NCBI GenBank assembly: GCA_973895155.1
Contig: OZ316895.1
Location: 14,318,225 to 14,382,224 of the forward strand
Reading direction: 5' to 3'
Source of the DNA: Marsupella aquatica
Taxonomy: Eukaryota; Plantae; Marchantiophyta
DNA length: 64,000 nt
Both the position numbers and the translations under genes were made by a program. Positions 41,333-53,539 of the stretch are shown here, one piece after another (position 1 is the first letter of the stretch; each line of letters begins with the position of its first letter). The notes beneath the pieces were generated by a model that saw nothing but the letters and a program-made list of their open reading frames with translations, ran no database searches and had not been told where the DNA came from.

Positions 41333-43153
41333 TTCTACCACAACCTACCAAATTCTACGATGCATTACAAGAGGTCCTCACGGCATGGCAATCTGTTTGT
41401 CGTTGGCTTGAGCTGGAGAGCTCTACGTGCGAAGCCGGAACTGATGATCCTCCCAGACATATGCCATCACCATTGGGTTAAAGGTTCACAATGCAACGTA
41501 GGGCGCCACAAACAACACCAACAGGGCACACTATCAAATAGTGCCATCTCCGAATTGCGATTTTTGCTCGACCATTTATACTTCTCCGGATTAGATAAGG
41601 CCGCTAACAATGTATGCATCCTCTGCATTCACCACATTCGGGTACAAGCTCTTCAACGATTACAGGGTAGTGACTTCACACATGACGCTCGACTACTGGA
41701 GGACGTCACCCAGGACTGCCAATCGCAAATCGAAACACTGATCCCAGATATAGCATTTCGATACGCAGGTCTGTCGTTCCTTATGGCTTCATACAAACTA
41801 CACAAGCACAAGTATCGTTGGATTACCAAAGCAGCACACTATATCTTTTCAGGACCTGCTAGCATGGTTACACAAATCCTCGACTGCATCTCCAACGAGC
41901 TGAAAGCATGGGCATTCAAACAATCCGAATACCTACGTAAGTTCTTCAATATCAATACGACATTCTTTTGGGTTATCGATTCATTGTACGAGTTCACCTT
42001 GAATCTTCCCGACAAGATTCACTGTCTCTTCGTTGCAGACATAACACGCTGTTATGAAACAATACCACTAACTGGTGACGACAACTTACCTGACGCGATA
42101 GCTCATGTTACTCGTATCGCCTTTACACATCACAATGCTCAGGTGCGAGTACAGAAACAGATTTGGGTTCATATTGACCTCGATACCGGCTTGGCCACCG
42201 AAGCTCGTTGGGGACGTCGTCCACCCGGTACTTCATGCTGGATTGAATTCAGCTTGGATTGTTTCCTAACACTCCAGAAGTGGCTGATCACCCACTGCTT
42301 CATTCGACTCGGGGACCAGGTCTGGCGCCAGTCCACAGGAATTCCTATGGGATTCTCATGCTCACCTCAATGGTGCAACTTATATTTTGTATCGTATGAG
42401 ATCAGGTTTCTACAACGAATCACGAAGCTCAATCTCCACCACCTTCTGAAGTTGTTTCAATTCACATATCGGTATATCGATGACTTCTGCACCATCAATA
42501 ATCCCTAGATTTTGCAGTTCCTGAATACGGAGGCTGTACGTACCCCCACAAACCCATTTTGGATCCACCCATTACACATTGTCAGCATGCAGCACGAAAT
42601 CGACACCCACGTGGAGGACCACCCCGAACTTGGCATAGTAGGTCACTTCCTTAACGTCCACATCAATGTAGGCGACCGACATCTAGGTAACTTTGAAACA
42701 TATAAGTTCGATAAACGCAGACTTCTACCATTTCCATTCTAGCAGTATATCCAATTTCGATCCAATAGACCAGTCAATAGTGTACAATATAGTAATATCC
42801 CAGGTAGTCCCCATACTCTATATGTCTAGTACTGCGCACTTAGCACTAGCAGAAATCCAACGGTTGAAGGACACATTAGTGAACAATGGATTTTTATAGG
42901 CTAGATTGGACAGAATAGTATCCCAGTTTTGCTCTTTACACTCCTTTCCAGGCGTGCGTTTCGAGATCTAGGATCTTTGTACTCTTCTCTCCGAGCAGAT
43001 TAACAGACGCGCCTACTCTATTAACCATGGTAGAGCTGAGAGATGATTGAAGAAGAGAACTGTGAGTATTGTATGCACTCCCCATCTGGGGTGAGTGCAT
43101 ACCACACTCACAACAGATGGGAGCGCCTCTGCCATGGGTAAATGGTGGTGGGA
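41333..43153 (+). mobile_element. 5'-truncated Penelope-like retroelement (Naiad/Chlamys-type reverse transcriptase), degenerate
   Basis: RT motifs DKAANN, FVADITRCYETIP, QSTGIPMGFSCSPQWCNLYF and YRYIDD, followed by the thumb/C-terminal region FDKRRLLPF...YNIVISQ...LVNNGF. Frameshift near 41450 and in-frame TAG stops at 42506 and 42740. No GIY-YIG domain is visible. Confidence 0.8.
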
Positions 43154-43860
43154 CTCTCTCTCTCTCTCTCTCTGTGGTCTAGTAAGGGTATGGCTCATCC
43201 TAGGTCATTTTTTAAAAACTAGGTATAAAATAACATTATAGTATAAACAAATGAAGCTATACTGTCCTCATCCATCCATACAATATTGGATATATAATGG
43301 ATACCAGTACACCTACACATAACTAGGGCAAGCGTACACAATGATTAAAACAGTCCCCACTTGGGCGGCTGCCCTAAAAAAGCTACGTACCCACATCCCC
43401 TGGATCCCCTATTTCCCTCCAAATGTCCCAAGTGTATATGTGAGTAGTAGGAAAGGTTCCGTGTCACATCTCAAGTCACTGTGCTGTGCTCTGGCTGATT
43501 CCTTCACGCTTTCACACACATTCTCTGACGCATTAACTCTTTTCCTCTGGCCACACACTTATGTGCCAAGAACTCTGCTTTAAGTCCTGTACTATTGTAG
43601 CTCAGTTAGAAGCGACCTAGGATAAGTGCAGCACAAACGATTAGCAGATACTGCACTGACATCTACTAGCAAGCGTCACCAGCACCTTACGACAGCACAA
43701 AGACCTCTCATGGCACGAGGCCAACAGGTATGTAAGCTTACACCATGGTACCATCATTTCATAGATTAATCTCATTTGCAATGCTAGCCTAAAGTGGATA
43801 TACGTCTCCCTGTTGCCGCCGCGGCTACTGGCAGCAGAAATGTATAACTCAAATCCTGGT

Positions 43861-43915
43861 CTATGGCCTGATTCACCCTGAGGATGGGGGCTGAAAGACG
43901 ACCTCGGGGCTGTGG
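43861..43915 (+). ncRNA. Candidate minimal type-I hammerhead ribozyme
   Basis: CUGAGGA (43878-43884), U-GG-GGG-CU, GAAA (43893-43896), a short stem III and a CUC triplet (43903-43905). Stem I is cc/gg plus distal ctatggcc/ggctgtgg. The stems are weak. Confidence 0.35.
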
Positions 43916-44449
43916 TATGAGCCGTTTCATTCATATCTTCACTTTAGATAATGGTCTACATCAAACTGACTGAAACCTAGTAATGATGCACTGCATTGTA
44001 GAGTCATTTACCTCTGTAAATGCATACTGCCTCACTTTATTTGTTATGAACTAATATTTTGTGGGCTAACATCTGGTGAATGACAGTACGAGATATTGGC
44101 CTCCGCACAATAGGAAAAAGTCACTGCAAGCTACAACGTACTCATAGTTTAAGAAAAATGCTTTGTTTTAAATGTTTTTAACCCTTTACGCACTGGACAT
44201 AACAAAGAACTCTTTTTGACTTTACAAATGAATATCTTTTCCTGGAGCTATGCAATTGACAGGCGACTGTTTTTCATAGCTTTTTTGATCATATCTGTTT
44301 TGGCAAAGACTCTAGGCTATGAATGATAAGGTGTATGTCTAACGTAAAAGTTAAACCACAACTAGCTTTTTTGAGAACGCTACAGGGTCAAGAATGTGTT
44401 AAAGCTAGCCTAGTTGTGATCGTGGCCTTGAATGGGTGTTAGGACTCTA

Positions 44450-47400
44450 CACTTATCTCTATCTCTCTCTCTGTGGATAAATGGTGGCACGTGACTTACA
44501 ATATAAAAACTAATACATATAACCAGACTTATTCTACGCCCATATCATATACCAACATATACTCCATCTAAATACGTAAGTCATGGATTAGGTTTAAGCT
44601 CAACATAACCGTCTCCCTGGCGGCAGCCCTAAAAAAACTAACAACCACATATCCTCTGGCCGCTGCACCGTAAGATCTCCTGGCTATCTTATAAAGGCAA
44701 AGAAACTGATCACTATGCTCATTCTCTGATCAACTCTTTCAGCACTAAAAACCACAAGGGTTAACTAAGGGTTAACTAGAACTAAGCCGTAGCCTAACAG
44801 GAATGAGTAATCCATATACAAATAGTCACACATTGCTAAATAACTCTACTTGCACTACAACTGCAAAACCTGCAAAGTAGCACGGTGTCTTGAGAAACTC
44901 TCCAAAGGAATCACTTTGGTAAAGGCATCAGCGGGATTGAGCTTTCCATCAATCTTGACTAGCTCAAAAGTTTTATCAGACACTGCTTGCCTGATAAAAT
45001 GGTACCTGATATCAATGTGCTTCACCTTGCTATCCATCACCTGGTTAGCAGCCAAGTGAAGAGCACTCTGACTATCACAGTTTAGAGTCATTTTTCCATG
45101 CTCTAAACCCATCTCCGCGATCAACTTATCCAACCAAATTGTTTCCTTTGCTACTTCTGCTGCTGCAACATACTCTGCTTCTGTAGTAGACTGAGATATA
45201 CACTTCTGCAAGGTAGATTTCCAACTGATACATCCTCCTCCAAGAGTGTATACAAACCCAGTTGTAGACCTCCTTGTATCCAGACAACCTCCATAGTCAG
45301 AATCTACATAGCCAACTAACGTTCTATCTGATCTGTTATCAAATAGTAATCCATAGTCCTCTGTTCCCTTCAGATACCTGAGAGTCCACTTCACAGCTTC
45401 CCAATGTACCTTCCCTGGATTTGACATGAATTTGCTAACCTTGCCCATTGCTAGGGCCAAGTCAGGCCTAGTACAAGTCATCAAATACATCAGACTACCT
45501 ACTGCCTTCTCATAAGGAATCTTAGCCATCAAACCTTTTTCCACAGCATCCGTAGGAGAGAAAGCCGATGATAACTTGAAATGTGAAGCTAAAGGAATAC
45601 TCACTGGCTTACAGTTTTCCATGTTGAATCGTGCAAGTACTTTCCTCGCATACTGGCCTTGACTCAAGCACAACTGTCCAGTCTCAGAGTTCCTAAAAAT
45701 CTCCATCCCTAAGATCCTCTTGGCCTTACCAAGATCCTTCATCCTGAATTCAACACTCAATTTTGCCTTGAGACTGTCAACCTCAGATTGATCTTTAGCC
45801 ACAATCAGCATGTCATCCACATAGATCACCAGAATGATGAAACCAAATACATCATTCTTGACTGATTTCGTATACACACAAGAATCATACACCATCCTTG
45901 TAAAATCTTGAGCAAGCATGAAATTATCAAACCGCTTGTTCCGCTGTCTGGGAGACTGCTTCAATCCATACAAGGACTTGAGCAATCTGCAAACTAAGTT
46001 CTCTTGGCCCTTCTTCATAAAGCCTAGTGGCTGTCTCATGAAGATCATCTCTTCCAAGTTGCCATAGAGAAAAGCAGTAACAACATCCATCTGATCCATC
46101 ACCAGACCAAAAAACACAACAAGCTGACACAAGATCCGAATTGTGGAATACTTAGCCACCGGTGAAAAAACCTAATTGTAATCCACTCCTTTCTCCTGAG
46201 TGAATCCCTTGGAAACAAGCCTTGCCTTGCAGATCTTGTCTCCACCCTCTGAAGGATTGTCTTTCAACTTGTAAATCCACTTGCTGTCCACCACTTGTTG
46301 ACCTCTTGGAAGCTCCACCAGCTCCCATGTCTTGTTGTCACTCAAAGATTGCAACTCCCTCTGCATTGTTGCATTCCACTCATGCTTCTGCTCTGAAGCA
46401 CAAGCCTCACTATACGAAGAAGGCTCTCCTTCTTCCAAGATCAAAGCCATATCATCTTCATCAGGTGCAATGTCAATATCATCTAGCTTAGATGAGTTTG
46501 CCCATTGACCATACCTGGTAGGAGCTCTAGTAGAACGACTGGAAGTTCTTCTAGTAGATGACTCAGGCTGATCTGTTGCTGCTACTGGTTGAATTTGAGG
46601 TACCCTAGCAATAATCTGCTCCTCTTGTTCCATCACAGGAACCAGCTCCAAGCCCGGAGCTTCTCCATCTCTCCTGTCATGAACTGCATCATGACTAATC
46701 TCCCCCTCAACCCGGTCCAGGATGGGAGATTTCCCCTTGTCAGTATGGGAGTCCTGAGAACTCTCCCCCTCCTTTGATGATCTGGATTCATTAAAGGATA
46801 CATTTCTACTGACAATTAGTTTACAGGTTACTGGATCCCATAACCTATAACCCTTAACACCTTTCTGATAGCCAAGGAAAATGCACTTCTTCGACTTGGA
46901 CTCCAGCTTGGATCAAAGCTGGGAAGGTGTAAGCACATAAGCATCACATCCAAAAATCCTCAGATGTGAGTAATCTGCTGGACGCCCGTACCTCATTTCA
47001 AATGGCGTCTTGAATCCAATAGAACTGGATGGAGAAAAAATTACCAAATAAGCTGTAGTGTTGACAGCTTCAGCCCAAAACTCATGTGGTAAGCATGATT
47101 GACTCAACATACTCCTCGAGTGGTCCAATAGTGTTCGGTTGAGTCTCTCAGAAACACCATTCTGCTGAGGAGTATAGCTTGTTGTGAGATGGCGGGTAAT
47201 CCCCTGCTCCTTACAATACGTTCCAAATTCACCGGAACTGTATTCACCGCCGTTATCCGATCGAAGATATCTCATCTTATTACCAGTCTGATTTTCAACT
47301 TGGGCTTTCCACTCCTTAAAAGTGGCAAAAACAGACTTATTGTGTAGAAAATATATCCATACATACCTTGAGTAATCGTCAATGAACGTGATATAGTATA

Positions 47401-50400
47401 ACCATCCAGAATGTGAGGGAGTAGGGGCGGGACCCCACACATCACTATGTACATACTCAAGTACCTCCTTGCTGGTGTGAGTTCCAACTCGGAAGGGTTT
47501 TCTGTGCTGCTTCCCTAGCACACAGTGCTCACAAAATTCCAACTTACAAGATTGCAAATTAGAAAGTAATCATTTCTTCTGAAGAATAACCAAACCTTTT
47601 TCACTCATGTGGCCCAAACGGAAGTGCCACAGCCGGGCCGTCTCCTCATGACATAAGGTTACATTGGCTTCATCATAGATTACACTGCCCTCCATAACGT
47701 ATAGATTGCAATGTCTCTTTCCCTTCAATACAACTTTAGTACTAGTTGAAACCTGAAGGACACCATTAGCAGAACTCCACTGATGGCCATTTGCCTCTAA
47801 AACTCCAAGTGAAATAAGATTTTTCATCATGCTGGGAATATGTCTCACATTCCTCAATGTTCTCACAGCACCATCAAACATCTGAAATCTTACAGATCCA
47901 AGTCCAACAACTTGACATGGGATTCCATTTCTCATCAACACTGACCCATTGGAAACCGTGTAAAAACTGAAACAATCTCTTCTAGAGCAAATGTAAAAAG
48001 TACATGCACTATCTAGAATCCAGTCATCACTACGTGGATTTGACACTACATTGAGAGCATAACCTTGACATCACAATATATCATCATCATCGAGTAAATC
48101 TACCTCATGCGAGCTCAATGCTGCGTTAGCAGAGGCAATAGGGACCTTTACTCGACAATCCCTTTTCATGTGGTCTGGCTTGTCATAATTCCAACATGCA
48201 AGAGGCTTCCTCTCTTGCGATTTTCCTCTGGATTTGGATCTCCCCCGTGATGTAGATCTAAACCTGTTCTGCCCATTCGTGCGCTGCGTTGCTCTTCCCC
48301 TGTTCACATTGAGCGCAGTGCCAGAAGAAGATGCTGTCTGTGATTGACCCAGCTTCTTCTGAGCATCATCAGACAGTAAAGAGCTCACCACCTCATTATA
48401 CGAAATGGACTTCAGATCTCTGTACAAGAGCACCTGTTTCAAGCCCTGATAAGACGGCGGTAAGGAGCTTAGCAGAAGCAAGGCCTTATCCTCATCTTCA
48501 ACTCCTTTTCCTAGGTTTGACAGATCAACCGCTAGACTGTCAAACTCATCCAGGTGATCCTGCATCTTGCTCCCTTCCTTGAGCCTAAGGCTCATCAAGA
48601 GAGACTTCTTGTACAGCCGGTCTGACGCATCTTCCCGGTAGTACTTCTCTCTTAGAGCCTTGAACAGTGACGCGCAATCCGCATAATCATCCAGCTGCTT
48701 GATGATATGCGGCTTAAGATATAGCATCACTGCATTGACAGCAATCACCTGCTCCTGTCTCCATTGCCTCACTGAAATCTCCTCCTCTCCATCATACTGC
48801 TCTCGCGATGAAAGCAAATGAGCTAAGCCCATGGCCTGTAGAACACCCTTCACTTGCTTCTCCCAGAGCAAGTAATCAGTACGACCATCGTACTTCTCCA
48901 CCTCAAACTTTACTCCTCCAAATCTAGCCATCTCCCTCCTCTTCCCTACTACCGACAGCTCTGGTAGTAACACAGCTTCCTCCACTGCACGCTGCACCGG
49001 TGATCGTACCGGTGTAATAAGTTCCTCCTCAAACGGTAGCAGCTCCTCCTCAGACTCTCCGTCTGGCCGTCGCGATCCTGAAGCTCCACCGACGCCAATT
49101 TTTCCAGTATCCTCCGAGTCACTCATATGAAACAATCACAAAAAAACGTCTTTTTTTGAAACTTCTCATAAAACTCAAAACTCAACACCACCGCGTAGCC
49201 CACGAAGCTAGGAGTCCAATACTGAAATCCAAAATCAAAATCAAAATTCAACGGAAAAGTTATTCAAATTTTGGTCGGGGTGGGTAAAAGCTTGGGAAAC
49301 TCCCCCATTTTGACCACCTCGGAGAATAACTGAAATACCAAGTACAACCTGTCGTCGGAATCGCGATGTGATCGGTGCACCGCGTTGCTAACTCCAGTGG
49401 CAACGTCCTCACCAAAAAAGAACCAAAATAGTTACCGTACGGCGGACGGAATCTTTGTGTGACGGCCGAAAAACTGCTCTCTGTTTTCCGGGAATATTCC
49501 CGCACAGTCCAACAGGGCTCACAGGGGGCCATTCTCCCTGTCGGAGCGGTTAAAACGGAGGGTCACAGGATGAGGCACAACCAATGAGGAGGAGGAGAGA
49601 AAAAAAATTCAGAAAAAAACACTCTAAAGGGGTCTTAAAGCCCCTGGCAAAGGCGCTCGTATTCGCGGCCAGAATCGCGTATAAACAACAAAAAATGTGA
49701 AAAAATGGGTTTAAAGGGGTCAAAACTTGCGCATTTTCGCGTATTTGGGCGTTTTTGGCCGTATTTGGGCCCAAAAAAGCACGTTTTCACGCTCAAAGGG
49801 GTGTGGGAGGCCGGTGTGCGCGCCGGGGCGTATGGCGAACCTGGTTTGTCGGGTATTGGGGCCGTATTGGGGCAAAAAATGCCCTAAACTAACCTTAAAA
49901 ATGTGCCCAAAATGACACAAAGGCCGTGTTACAAACCTTAGCCGCCTCCGCTTTGGTTTCCAATGAGAAAAGTGATGACCGCCGACATGAAAATGTTTCC
50001 GAATTGCACCGGCACGTCTGAAGCTCCACCAGAGAAAGAACTTCTGTTGCGTCGCCTTCACTCCGCGTCAAGTGCCAATCCCGGACTCAAAATGACCGTC
50101 TCGCCACGATCTCTCCATTGAGCCTCAGCACTTCGCGTTTCTTCCTCCGAGTCAAGCGTCACGACGAGTAATCCGGTTCAGGGAAAAACAAGCACCATAG
50201 CTTGTCAAAAAACCAGAATGCCTCCTTCACTCGTCACGACGCACTCGTTCCGTAAACGTCAGCAAACTAGATACCAAAATGACCAGCACGCTCCAACCTT
50301 GAACTTGAACTATCACATGCGACGCCCCGCACACCGCACAACTCACACCGTTGAAGAAACGATCTCTGGTTTCTCCCCCGAAATACCGTCGAACACGAAT

Positions 50401-50800
50401 AAACCCTGAACGACTCAAACTTCAATTCCTCCGCACCATGGATACCGATCAGCGAGCTCTAACCACCGTTAGAATGCCCTCTCACTAACCTATCCGCTCA
50501 GCCACACACAATCGAGTTTCATGCGATGAAACTCTGAATGTACCATCGATAATGAACGCTGGAAAAACCTGTCACGAAAAAACCTCATCACCTCCCAGGC
50601 ATGCTCTGATACCACTTGTTGAGCATAGACGACATTCGCAACGGCAAGCCCATGAACCATCCAACGCACAATAGTCGACACAGAGAGATACGTGGTTCAC
50701 CTCCACATGAGGCTACGTCCACGGGAACACACAAGAGCTTTACTGCACTCTAGGCCGATCGGCCATACCAAGCATCCACAACACAAGCTCTCCCTATCTC
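44450..50800 (-). mobile_element. Ty1/copia LTR retrotransposon, decayed, with no matching LTR pair
   Basis: Domain order gag-PR-IN-RT-RH. tRNA-iMet PBS TGGTATCAGAGC at 50603-50614 (minus strand). U5/R with the conserved CCCGTGGACGTAG...GAACCACGTA motif at ~50690-50725. A U3-like piece starts TGTTGAGC at 44605 next to a weak PPT. Confidence 0.92.
44855..49135 (-). pseudogene. Copia gag-pol polyprotein in a single frame with four in-frame stops (48071, 47570, 46913, 46172)
   Basis: Gag FEVEKYDG...LLLLSSLP with a degenerate knuckle CWNYDKPDHMKRDC; protease WILDSA; integrase HSDVWGP, RSDNGGEY, QQNGVSER; RT LYGLKQSPR, YVDD; RNase H YVDSDY, TTEAEY, KHIDIRYHF. Confidence 0.95.
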
Positions 50801-50883
50801 TCTGTGTCGACTATTGTGCGTTGGATGGTTCATGGGCTTGCCGTTGCGAATGTCGTCTATGCTCAACAAGTGGTATCAGAGCA
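50602..50883. repeat. Perfect 89-bp inverted repeat (50602-50690 and 50795-50883) with a 104-nt spacer, containing U5 and the PBS
   Basis: Base-by-base reverse-complement match with no mismatches. TGGTATCAGAGC is present on both strands. Confidence 0.97.
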
Positions 50884-51040
50884 ATATCTAAGAGTCTTGT
50901 TGATGTAGTGTGAGATTGAGTGCTCTCATGTTGTGCATTGTTGTCTAGTCTGGTGCTGACAACTTTTTACAAAAGTGTCATAGAGAAACTCCTATATTGT
51001 GTACATGTATCTACACCGCTCTCAAGGATTACATCCAATT

Positions 51041-51526
51041 TGGGCGTGTCAAAACAGGACCCTAAGTCAGGGACAACCAAGTCAGGACATAAAATGGTTT
51101 TATGGCTCAGACAAAAACCTTACGGGCTACCTATGTACTTGCCCCATAAAGATTGATGTGCAAATTAATCACGGTTGTAAGATCTTGATTATGGCAGTGC
51201 TTTGACTCACCCTATTACCCCCTCTTAGGGATGGTTACCCTACTCCTAACCTTGGTTCTAATCAGGTCAGGGTTGTAAGATCTTGATTATTGGAGTGCTT
51301 TGACTCACCCCATTACCCCCTCTTAGGGATGGTTACCCTACTCCTAAACCTTGGTTCTAATCAGGACGTGTCAAGACTCACTAAGTGAGGTACAGCCAAG
51401 GACATATGGTTTTATGGCAAGACAGAAGTTCTGCGGGCTATTTATATACATGCCCCCTTAAGAATCAGACGCCCAAATTAATCCCAGTCATAAGACCTTG
51501 ATTATGACAATGAGTTGACACGTCCT
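51041..51526. mobile_element. MITE-like element (51363-51526), an older related copy (~51041-51212) and a 98-bp-period tandem duplication (51173-51365)
   Basis: TIRs AGGACGTGTCAA / TTGACACGTCCT. Both copies share the internal segments ggacata..tggttttatggc.agaca...caaattaatc...taaga.cttgattat. Confidence 0.6.
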
Positions 51527-52000
51527 AATCTTACTAGTAAAGCCCAATTGAAACCTATTGATGAGGGCTATTGTCTAGTGTGAAGTTTCTAGACAGTAAC
51601 TCTCTTTGCGTCACTTAACTGTTTGAGGTGCAGGGAATGGGCGCAAATTATAAGCTACTGTCAATAAACAGGAATACTTTTCATGCAATGTTTTTTTGTG
51701 CTCATGCTATATAGGAGAAAGTGCCATAAATAAACTCTTGTATCGTGTACGCTCGTCTGTACTGGCTTATAAAACCATATGCGTGGAATTCCAATCCAAC
51801 GTGATCGGACTACATATACTGATTCTCCTCATTAGTGGATGGATCACTTGCAACTGTACAGCTTGGCGGAGGTGCAATTGCGGAATCCTATTCTTGTGTG
51901 AAATCAGGCGATCTGGACGAACCCTTTCTCGAGCTCCAACACTCAGTTCCGAGTGATCAATTCGTCGTCCGAGTCGGCGGAGTTTCTGGAAAATAGCCGT

Positions 52001-52020
52001 CTCTTTGCTCGAAACCCTAA
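52001..52020 (+). promoter_or_regulatory. Pyrimidine tract and telo-box upstream of RPS27
   Basis: ctctttgctc followed by AAACCCTAA (52012-52020), typical of plant ribosomal-protein genes. Confidence 0.7.
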
Positions 52021-52034
52021 ATCGAAACGTCAAG

Positions 52035-53077
52035 ATGGTGAGTAATCGTCTCGTCTCGTCTCGTCTTGATTTTCTTTCCTCTGGCCATGGCGTTGCTTGG
52101 ATTCTCATTCGGTCAGGTTTTACCTTGAAATCGTCTCGATGTTGTCTCCTGGAATAAGGTTGTTGATGGTGGCGTGTTTCGGTTGTGGCGGGAATGATGT
52201 GTTGGGTTTGTTGTGGCGTGTGGATATCTAGTGAGCGGCGTTGGTATCTGCTACTGTGCGTGGGCTGTAATGGGGTTTTTCAGCACTGCTTAAGATGAGT
52301 TTTCGTTTTCTGACGTCATTCGCTATGAACGGTGTGTGTTTGGCAGGTGCTCTCTAATGATATTGATCTCCTGCACCCTCCTCCAGAAAATGAGAAGAGG
52401 ATGCACAAATTGAAGAGACTCGTGCAGTCTCCCAACTCTTTCTTCATGGTGTGTAACTTGGCATCAGCCGAGCCTCTCTTTCTTTATTGTGTCTTGGCAG
52501 TTCTCGGTGTTCACATTTATCGACCGGCAGCTGCTTGTCTTCATGATACTCCGGCAGCCGCCACATGTCCTACCTTCAGTTTAGGGTTTCTTCTGATCTT
52601 TGTTTCTGTGGTTGGTGTTCTGCAGGATGTGAAGTGCCAAGGATGCTTCAGCATGTAAGTCACTATGCACTCGGTGTTTTTGTCTCGTCTTTTAATGTTT
52701 AGGGTTCAGCAATTATTTCATGTGTTTTACTTCTGGCGTAATTACACTGGAAAGTACTCGCCGCAGTCGATGGAGTATGGCGGATGCTTTTGATGCTCTG
52801 CCGTAGTTCTGCAATATCGAAAAGCCAGTGAACGAAGTCCTCCTTAGTTCATGTTGACTCTCTTTCTAAAGTTGAACCTGTAGCAGCATGAGCGAGATGA
52901 CTTATTATTGAATTGTTTTTTGATTGGACTATCGGCAATTGTGTGTACAGAACAACGGTTTTCAGCCACTCTCAAACGGTGGTCACTTGTGCGAACTGCT
53001 CTGCGGTGCTTTGCCAGCCGACCGGAGGGCGGGCGCGCTTGACGGAAGGATGCTCGTTCAGGAAGAAAGTCGATTAG
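52035..53077 (+). CDS. RPS27: 40S ribosomal protein S27 (eS27), 86 aa; exons 52035-52037, 52347-52448, 52626-52654, 52951-53077
   Basis: M|[12 protein letters not shown]...[15 protein letters not shown]|[10 protein letters not shown]|[45 protein letters not shown] introns. Confidence 0.97.
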
Positions 53078-53539
53078 AATTTTCCGCTCGTAGCTTCCAT
53101 TTTTGACCTCCGAAGTCATTGGTAAACACACTTTAGTATGGTACAGCAGTACTTGAGAAAACATCCGATCCACGCTCTTCATTCTGAGAAGAGATTCTCT
53201 GTGCCAGATTTTAAGAAATATCTCTAAAGGATTTTGCCTCCTATCCTGGGGGTTTGTATAATTTTTGTAACGATTGACTCAATTGGTTTGGTTCTATGTG
53301 CGTGACCTTTTATCCTAGAAGGTTGTCGGATTGAAAACCTTTCTGGGAATTCCCGAATAAACTTACTAGTTATTCAGGTTCGGGACAGAAAAGTTATGGA
53401 CTACCAGATTCATGCTGTGTAACTTCTCCCATAAATATTCATCTGCCAACTGTTTGCCTTACAGATTTATCATATGCCAGGACCGACCTTCATTCCAATT
53501 CAGGCTAGTGCAAGCAATGTTTTTATACGTAAGCACTCA

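Noticed and set aside
42506-42742. Recoded (selenocysteine) stops in the PLE RT
   Set aside because: The stops are TAG, not TGA, and accompany frameshifts, so they reflect ordinary decay.
43036-43060. Hammerhead core inside the PLE 3' structure
   Set aside because: CTGAGAG is not CUGANGA, and there is no stem II or GAAA.
43597-43640. tRNA-like gtagctcagttag
   Set aside because: No T-loop/B-box or cloverleaf follows.
52760-52815. Small hairpin in RPS27 intron 3 as a possible snoRNA
   Set aside because: Only one short stem, with no convincing C/D or H/ACA box arrangement.
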